Virus record (IMG/VR): IMGVR_UViG_3300028809_000015
Coordinates: 1-61,006 of that record
Strand: one strand, 5' to 3'
Length of the DNA stretch: 61,006 nucleotides
Origin: a virus
Taxonomy: Duplodnaviria > Caudoviricetes
Shown here: positions 54,603 through 61,006 of the stretch, one piece after another
Layout: every line of letters starts with the position of its first letter
Numbering within the stretch: the first letter of the stretch is position 1
Notes under the pieces: model-generated
What the model was told of the DNA's origin: nothing
Database searches by the model: none
Seen by the model: only the letters and a program-made list of their open reading frames with translations
Translations under genes and position numbers: made by a program

Positions 54603-57600
54603 ATGTCAACAAAATGGGATGATTTCACTCCGATTGACGAAGACGTTACTGACAGTGCCGCTGTTGATTGGGCGTCTTTCACGCCGATTGAGGCGAAGAA
54701 TGGACGTAATGCTTTTGCCGTCGCCAATGATACGGTCATTGAGGCGGGTAATGCCGTTGCCAGCGGTGCTGGCGCGATTGCAAACTTCATCTCCCCAGGC
54801 AACAGATTTTCCAGGTCGGTTGATGAGTTTGTAAAGTCCGGAGAAGAAAAGCAAAGCGATGTCACGAAGGCTGACAAGGAGCAATTCCGCTCTGATCTTC
54901 AGAATTCGGACACGATCAGCGACGACTTGGCTGCCGTGGGGCGACATGTTGTATCTAGTCCGCTCCAAGTTGCCGCGCAGGCGGCTGGTAGTTTTGCCGG
55001 CCCCGGCCTTGCTGTCGGTGCTGCGCGCGGACTTGCCGGTTTGCTTGGCGTAGGAGCGAAGATCGCTGGCCGTGTTGGACTTGGTGCTGGCGCGACAACC
55101 GGCGCGGCAATGGGCGGTGGTGACGCCGCAGGGAGCGCGTACGAGCTGGTGCAGCAAATCAGCGACGACGTTCTGCTGAAGGTCCCTGAAGTCGTTGAGA
55201 TGCGCAATTCCGGCATGTCGATGCAAGACGTCCGGCATGAAGTGGCGACCGCTGCCGCGCGTGATGCTAGTGTATTTCCCGCGCTTGCTGGCGGCGTCGC
55301 CGGTCTGGTTGGCGCGGAGAGGCTTCTTGCTGTGGGCAAGGTCGGTCAGGCTGGCGTAAAGGGAGTATTGGCAACCGGCGCTATTGAAGGTGCTACTGAA
55401 GCGGCTGAAGAAGGTCTGACCCAGTTTGAGGGGCGTCGTGCTGCGCAGCAGTACGATCAATCCATTGACCCGACCAAAAACGTCGCCGCCATGGCTGCGA
55501 TGGGTGGAATAACTGGATTTGGTACAGGCGCGGGCTTGAGCGCGATCACCAGGCCGACTCCGAAGATTGAAGACATCGCCTCCGCCGAATCCGTGGACGA
55601 GGCGATAGCAGCTGCAAACGCTGTCGTGACCGCTCCGCATCCGTCAGCGAACGCGGACCAGCAGAAACTATTGATGGAATTAGAAAGACAAGCCAAGCAG
55701 GTCGCTGAGCCTATCGTTTCGAATCCCATCGAACAGCCTTCTATGGCGGTGCCGTCCGAGCAAATAGCTGTTCCTCCTGCAGTTGCCGCGCAAGAGACGC
55801 CAATTCCAGAGCTTGAAGACTTCATTAAACGCGGACGCACAAAGGACGAACTGTTTGCCGAACGTGAGGCGCAACGCCGCATGCAGGAAGACGCCGCGCG
55901 TGAGCAGGGCATCGCAAAGATGCTGGAAGCCGGTCGAGATCAGCAGGTAGAACAGGCAGAGGTTTTGACGCAGGCGCAAGGATTTGATTCTGCCGAGCCA
56001 ACCGCCATGCAATTGGCGATGCAAAAAGCGCAGGAGCGCCGGAGATTATTAACTACGCCAATTTCCCAACGTCAGCCGGTTCAAGCGGAATCGCCAAAAA
56101 TTGAGGGGCAAACAAATGACAAGCAATCCCTTGCCACTGATTTACCAATTCGAGATGGGGGCGTTGGAGGCGCTGAAGTTGGCGCGCCAATGCTGGGAAG
56201 TGCCGCGACAGGACGCCAAATTGCTGCGCAATCTGCTCCTATGGGATCGCCCAATACCCAAGCGGTTGTTCCCGTTGGTGGAACTGATATTTTTGCTACA
56301 AACCAGACCGCCAACGAACAGCCTGCATTAGGTCAAACTGCCCCGCAAGTAGCTGATGTCGCTGCAATAGAGCGAAGGCTAGACGCGAACGCCCGCAAGC
56401 TGGTTGACCAGATGACGCCGGAAGAAATGCGCCGCGCGCTGTTGACCGATGAAATGACTGGACTTGGGAACCGCCGCGCCTATAATGAAGTTGTCAAAAA
56501 ACCATTTCAGGCAAGCATCGATATTGATTCGTTGAAGTGGATTAATGACAACATGGGGCATGAGGCCGGCGATCAGTTGATTCAGGCTGTCGGCACGGCG
56601 ATGCGGGATGAAATTGCGGATTCCTACCATCTCAGCGGCGACGAATTCGCGGCGCAGTTTGATGATGAAGTCACTGGCAACGAGGCGATTGCCAGAGTGC
56701 GCGAGAGATTGAATGGTGCTACATTTACCTACACGGCACCAGACGGAACCGTTATTACAAAACAGGGAGCGGAGTTAAGCTATGGAATCGCAGACACCTA
56801 TGGCGCAGCCGATGAAAAGCTCAAAGCCGACAAAGCAGGTAGAGAAGCCAGAGGCGAGCGCGCCGGACGAGGCGCAGAGCCTGCAGGCGTGGTTAGAAAG
56901 CCTGCCGCCAGGCGGGAAATTGACCGTGACGCTGCCGCCCAAGAAGTAGAAGCGGGGCCACAGGCAAAGGGCGAAGACGCCAAGTTCTTCCAGCCCGGCA
57001 GCGCAGCAGAAGAAAGCATCGTCCCAGAAACGACTTTCAAAAAAGCAGGGCCTTTCAAGACCAAGACCGATGCGTCTTTATTCCGAGATAAACATAAGCT
57101 ATCTGGCGTATCTATTAGGCAGACGGAAGGCGGATGGGTATTTGACCCAACTCCAGCGCCGCTGACGGATGCGGAGCGAGAGGCTGTTCGTGCCGATATT
57201 CAGGCGTTGAACAAAACTCTCAAGGCAAACGGCATCCCTGCTGTGCTGCCGATCTATACCGCGCCCACCGCCAACCACCAACTCGCTCGCAGTATCGCCA
57301 AGGTCTTTGGCGCCGAAGTCCGCTTTGTCTCAAACAACAAGGTATTCCAAGGTGTTGCGCATCGGGGAAAGGCTTTCATCGCCTCCAGCATGAAGCACCC
57401 GGAATTGGCGATTACGGGGCATGAGACGTTCCACGTCATGGAGCAAACCAATCCTGAGCTGGCTGATGGGCTGCTGGAACAAGTCCGCGCCTATCTCCAA
57501 GACGACGCCATCCCAGACCGGCAGATGCGCGAAGAACTGATGGCTGGCCGCTCGATCAGCGAGCGCTATGCTGCCGGCGAAGTGCTTGCCGACCTGAACG

Positions 57601-60600
57601 GTGCCATGTGGCTTGACCCGAAGTTCTGGCGCGAGATGGTGCAGCGCGATGTGAATCTGTTCCGCCGCGTGGCTTATGTGTTCATGGAGAACGCGACTAA
57701 GGCCATTGAATCGCTGACCGGGACACGGTTCGACGTGGAAGCGCTGGTGACGGATGTTGATAAGGTGCGCTCGATCATTGCGCAGGCTTGGGCGGATCAC
57801 AATCAGGGGCGGGATAAAAAGACGCCAAAAGACGATGATGTGCAGTTCTCGCGCGTCGACGCTGATCGCAGCGCCACTCCAGATAAGCCGAACGATTCCG
57901 CTATTCCAGAAGAAACCAGCACACAAGCGGCTCGCCGAGTTATTCAGGATAAATTCAACCGCTTCAAGGTTCTGCAGGCGAATATTGAAATGGTGGCTGC
58001 GCAGGAGGCTGGCTATCAAGGCGACGACATTTTTGAAGCTCGCGCTTTCATGGAAGAAAAGGGCATACTAAATCCAATTAGCGACCAGTCTGACGTGTAT
58101 CAGGCTGAAACACTGATGTCCGGTCGAATCTCTACTCGCAAGGAGGATTTCCGCGAAAGACAGATGAACCCGCTAATCGAAAAGACTTACGCCGCCGGAC
58201 TGAGCATGTCGCAGGTTGCTGACTTCCTGAAGATGCAGCACGCTCCTGAGGCGAACAATAGAGCGCGCGAAATTCAAGGCAGCCCGGAAGCTACTGCTTT
58301 CGGAATATCGGACGAAAAAGCCGCGCAAGCAATGAAGGAATTCAAGGCGCTACCAAACTTCAGCGAACTGAAGAGCGTCGCTAATGAATGGCGAGCTATT
58401 ACGGAGCAGTCAAAGAAAATCCTTTTAGATGCCGGCATCATTACGAAAGAAATAGCTGACGCATGGGATGCAACATATTCCGTATATGTCCCAGTAAAAG
58501 GCAAGGATAGCAAGTCTGGCGGCGGCAAAGGATTGTCCGTGAATGGCAGGCAGAAGCAGCGCTTGGGACATAGCGAGCGTGACGAGGCGATTCTTGAAAA
58601 CATCCTCCGGGATCATGAGCGCGCGATTTCAAATCAGGAAGTCAACGAAGTTGGGATGACGCTCATCCGCTTTGGTCTGGCGGCGAAGAATCCCGACATC
58701 ATGACGATAGAAAAGCCGGCGAAGCGCCAAGTATTGAAAGATGCCTCAGCATTCGAGGTGCAATATAACGGTAATTTTGTTGCCGCGTTCAGCGACAAGG
58801 CGAGCGCAGAAGCATTCAAAGCAAAGGACGCGCTAAAGAATTCACGCGACACGAAAGATTATTCGATTGAGAAAACGACGAATCCATATGTCGCTCTCAT
58901 GACATCGCCGTTGCTCGCGGAGAATGAGGTAAACGTTTATGTGGCAGGCCATGCGGTGCGCATTCAAATTAACGATGAGATTGCCGCACGCGCCTATACT
59001 AACTTGGGGGTTGAAAGCCTTGGAGCAATCCTGTCAGCTGGTCGCGAAATCAACTCGTGGCTGTCAAAAGCGTATACCGGATACAGCCCCGATTTCATTT
59101 TGACAAATCCAATACGCGATGCGATTCAAGGATCTATCACCCTGGCAGGCGAGCATGGCGCCGGCATGGCAGCAAAGATATTTGGCAATTATCCGCTGGC
59201 AGTAAAAGAGCTGGTCAAACACTTCCGCGAGCCAGGGAAATCGAAGTTGGTGACTGAATACCGGGCGGCAGGGGGATCGACTGGTGCTGCATACCTATCG
59301 GATCTTGAGCGAATCGGCAATGACGTGATGGCGGCTTACGACGAGTGCGCGGGTGCTATTGCAACATATCGACGTGTTTATGCAGAGAAAATCGAAAGTG
59401 GCGCCAGCCCAGCAAAAGCAGGCACTTATGCAGCAGCAAAGGCCGGACTGTCCGGGTTCAAAAATCTACCAGTGATCGGCCATTTCTTGCGGCTGATGGA
59501 GCGAATCAACGCCGTAACTGAAAACGCGCTACGCGTCGCAACGTTTAAAACGCTGGTCGATAACGGCGTCAGCAGGCCGAAAGCGGCGGCACAGGCCAAG
59601 AACTTGATGAACTTCAATCGCAAAGGCGAGTTGTCAAACCAGGCAGGAGCGCTTTACTTGTTTTTTAACCCGAGCGTACAGGGGGCATCTCTTTTTGCTG
59701 ACACGCTCGCCACGTCGAAGCACAAGAACCAAGCGCGCGCATTGGCCGGCACGATGACGCTGGCTGCGTTGTTCCTCGCTGAAGCGGCTCGTAGTGACGG
59801 CGAAGACGATGAACGTAAATGGAAGCAAACGCCCGATCACGTGAAGGACCGCAATTGGGTTGTTGGTTTCGGCGATTATCAATTCACACTGCCCTTGCCG
59901 TATGGGTATGGCGTGTTCCAAACGCTTGGTAATGTGATGTCCGACTACATGCACGGCGAGGATGGTTATAAGCTCGGCATCCGCCTTGCCTCAAGTGTGT
60001 TCGGCAATTTCTCGCCGATTGGGAATCCAATGGAAGGGAAGTCGGCTGTTTTTTCAATGTCGCCAACGCTGCTCAAGCTGGCTGGCGGCCCGGGCATAAA
60101 CGAGAACACTTTTGGCCAGCAGATTAAGCCGGATCAGTGGGGATCTTCTAAGCCAGAGTCGCAACTGATGTACCGCAGCACGAAAGGGTCAAGCTACGCA
60201 GAGATTGCCGAGAGTCTTAACGCCATAACCGGCGGCTCAAAGTTTGAGCGAGGAATTATCGATGTTTCTCCGGAAACATTAAAGTATTGGGTTAAATCGC
60301 TTACCGGCGGCGCAGGACAATTTGCATTTGACTCCATCAATATTCCCTCAAATCTAGTTCAGGGCGCCCCTTTGGATCCCAAAGACATCCCGGTAGCGAG
60401 AAGATTTGTTCGGGAGGTTGGCGTCACCGATGCTCGATCGGCATTCTGGGAAAAGGCCAATGCAGTCAAGGCCGCAGCAGATACCTTTTCAACAGCAAAG
60501 AAGTCCGGCGACATGGCGGCGGCACGCGCAATATTCAACGAAAACAAGGCCCTAATATCGCTTGCCGACTACGCTAGGGAGTCGCAAAAGATGGCAAAAG

Positions 60601-60752
60601 CGCGAAGGGACCAAGCGGACAAAATCCGTATGGATGACGCAATCCCGTTGGCCGTAAAGCATGAAAGAATGAAGATTATCGAAATGAAGGAAGCTGCGGT
60701 TTATCAGCGGTTCTTAAAGAACTTTGACGCAAGGACTGAGGCGAAAAAATAG
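54603..60752 (+). CDS. Giant internal virion (polyvalent) protein: Gly/Ala membrane region + GGDEF diguanylate cyclase + HExxH metallopeptidase + LPD38-like C-terminus
   Basis: 2049 aa; TDEMTGLGNRRAY..DIDSLKWINDNMGHEAGDQLI..SGDEF (about 56440-56850); GHETFH..GEVLAD (from 57420); KDRNW..LPLPYGYG..NENTFGQQI..SPETLKYWV (about 59820-60420). Confidence 0.88.
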   Translation: MSTKWDDFTPIDEDVTDSAAVDWASFTPIEAKNGRNAFAVANDTVIEAGNAVASGAGAIANFISPGNRFSRSVDEFVKSGEEKQSDVTKADKEQFRSDLQNSDTISDDLAAVGRHVVSSPLQVAAQAAGSFAGPGLAVGAARGLAGLLGVGAKIAGRVGLGAGATTGAAMGGGDAAGSAYELVQQISDDVLLKVPEVVEMRNSGMSMQDVRHEVATAAARDASVFPALAGGVAGLVGAERLLAVGKVGQAGVKGVLATGAIEGATEAAEEGLTQFEGRRAAQQYDQSIDPTKNVAAMAAMGGITGFGTGAGLSAITRPTPKIEDIASAESVDEAIAAANAVVTAPHPSANADQQKLLMELERQAKQVAEPIVSNPIEQPSMAVPSEQIAVPPAVAAQETPIPELEDFIKRGRTKDELFAEREAQRRMQEDAAREQGIAKMLEAGRDQQVEQAEVLTQAQGFDSAEPTAMQLAMQKAQERRRLLTTPISQRQPVQAESPKIEGQTNDKQSLATDLPIRDGGVGGAEVGAPMLGSAATGRQIAAQSAPMGSPNTQAVVPVGGTDIFATNQTANEQPALGQTAPQVADVAAIERRLDANARKLVDQMTPEEMRRALLTDEMTGLGNRRAYNEVVKKPFQASIDIDSLKWINDNMGHEAGDQLIQAVGTAMRDEIADSYHLSGDEFAAQFDDEVTGNEAIARVRERLNGATFTYTAPDGTVITKQGAELSYGIADTYGAADEKLKADKAGREARGERAGRGAEPAGVVRKPAARREIDRDAAAQEVEAGPQAKGEDAKFFQPGSAAEESIVPETTFKKAGPFKTKTDASLFRDKHKLSGVSIRQTEGGWVFDPTPAPLTDAEREAVRADIQALNKTLKANGIPAVLPIYTAPTANHQLARSIAKVFGAEVRFVSNNKVFQGVAHRGKAFIASSMKHPELAITGHETFHVMEQTNPELADGLLEQVRAYLQDDAIPDRQMREELMAGRSISERYAAGEVLADLNGAMWLDPKFWREMVQRDVNLFRRVAYVFMENATKAIESLTGTRFDVEALVTDVDKVRSIIAQAWADHNQGRDKKTPKDDDVQFSRVDADRSATPDKPNDSAIPEETSTQAARRVIQDKFNRFKVLQANIEMVAAQEAGYQGDDIFEARAFMEEKGILNPISDQSDVYQAETLMSGRISTRKEDFRERQMNPLIEKTYAAGLSMSQVADFLKMQHAPEANNRAREIQGSPEATAFGISDEKAAQAMKEFKALPNFSELKSVANEWRAITEQSKKILLDAGIITKEIADAWDATYSVYVPVKGKDSKSGGGKGLSVNGRQKQRLGHSERDEAILENILRDHERAISNQEVNEVGMTLIRFGLAAKNPDIMTIEKPAKRQVLKDASAFEVQYNGNFVAAFSDKASAEAFKAKDALKNSRDTKDYSIEKTTNPYVALMTSPLLAENEVNVYVAGHAVRIQINDEIAARAYTNLGVESLGAILSAGREINSWLSKAYTGYSPDFILTNPIRDAIQGSITLAGEHGAGMAAKIFGNYPLAVKELVKHFREPGKSKLVTEYRAAGGSTGAAYLSDLERIGNDVMAAYDECAGAIATYRRVYAEKIESGASPAKAGTYAAAKAGLSGFKNLPVIGHFLRLMERINAVTENALRVATFKTLVDNGVSRPKAAAQAKNLMNFNRKGELSNQAGALYLFFNPSVQGASLFADTLATSKHKNQARALAGTMTLAALFLAEAARSDGEDDERKWKQTPDHVKDRNWVVGFGDYQFTLPLPYGYGVFQTLGNVMSDYMHGEDGYKLGIRLASSVFGNFSPIGNPMEGKSAVFSMSPTLLKLAGGPGINENTFGQQIKPDQWGSSKPESQLMYRSTKGSSYAEIAESLNAITGGSKFERGIIDVSPETLKYWVKSLTGGAGQFAFDSINIPSNLVQGAPLDPKDIPVARRFVREVGVTDARSAFWEKANAVKAAADTFSTAKKSGDMAAARAIFNENKALISLADYARESQKMAKARRDQADKIRMDDAIPLAVKHERMKIIEMKEAAVYQRFLKNFDARTEAKK

Positions 60753-60755
60753 GGC

Positions 60756-60899
60756 TTAATGCGATTTCCAGCCATAGCCGCCTGTGTCCTGTGGCTCGCA
60801 ATCGTCGCAGCGATAGATGGATCGGTCTTTGAAAATGCACGATCCGACGAGCCAAGATGCAAATAGAACGGCTATGACTACTTGAATTTTCTTCCGCAT
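60756..60899 (-). CDS. Small exported/lipoprotein-like moron (47 aa)
   Basis: MRKKIQVVIAVLFASWLVGSC..; AAGG RBS just after the stop of the junction-spanning gene. Confidence 0.5.
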   Translation of the reverse strand: MRKKIQVVIAVLFASWLVGSCIFKDRSIYRCDDCEPQDTGGYGWKSH

Positions 60900-60906
60900 A
60901 GCTGCC

Positions 60907-61006
60907 TTATTGTGCGCGCTTATCTGGCGATTGCTTTTTTTCTGATGCCGGATTGAATGCACATATTCGTCTTAAAAGTCCAGCTCCAACACTATCGGGG
61001 ATAACC
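60907..61006 (-). CDS. 3' part of the junction-spanning secreted protein
   Basis: In-frame continuation after collapsing the 8-nt overlap; TAA at 60909-60907. Confidence 0.72.
   Translation of the reverse strand, partial: VIPDSVGAGLLRRICAFNPASEKKQSPDKRAQ

Larger units (their letters stand above)
1..61006. mobile_element. Complete temperate phage genome (lambdoid early region, podovirus-type virion module), circular/excised form, unit length about 60,998 bp
   Basis: GGATAACC at 1-8 and 60999-61006; an ORF continues across the join; integrase with intact attP; full head, tail, lysis and ejection gene set; no host genes. Confidence 0.93.

Noticed and set aside
54606-55640. Long antisense ORFs (344 aa here; also 13562-14533, 35283-36176, 36672-37433, 5523-6200)
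   Set aside because: Shadow frames of strongly supported genes in GC-rich sequence; no RBS or motifs

Overview
The window is an apparently complete, circular ~61.0 kb temperate phage genome. The first and last 8 nt are identical (GGATAACC), and a minus-strand gene reads cleanly across that join. It has a lambdoid early region: tyrosine integrase/xis with an intact attP, SSB, YqaJ exonuclease and a recombinase, cI/cro with operators, CII-like, NinB, an SNF2 helicase + DNA methylase pair, NinG, an O-like initiator with iterons, and a Q-like antiterminator. The late region is podovirus-type: TerS/TerL, portal, scaffold, N4-gp56-like major capsid, adaptor, nozzle, tail fibres, holins/GH19 endolysin/Rz-Rz1 and internal (ejection) proteins. 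The host is probably a betaproteobacterium, Oxalobacteraceae-like (inferred from SSB, a small HTH protein and a CTGT-N8-ACAG SOS box). The most striking observation is that the 2049-aa internal virion protein carries an intact-looking diguanylate cyclase (SGDEF, no I-site), plus an HExxH peptidase and an LPD38-like C-terminus, i.e. a candidate virion-injected c-di-GMP synthase. Other notable signals: a GLIN peptide recurring in four ejection-cluster proteins; a scaffold-type AGFxKxRG tag reused on a second protein; a mini-ORF resembling a capsid motif; tRNA-shaped/kissing-loop RNA structures in the PL operon and late leader; a LexA-controlled small ORF resembling the C-terminus of a non-cleavable CI; and a moron block (dTMP kinase, GNAT-like gene + small partner, RelE-type TA pair). 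All family assignments come from motif recognition by eye; no database searches were run.
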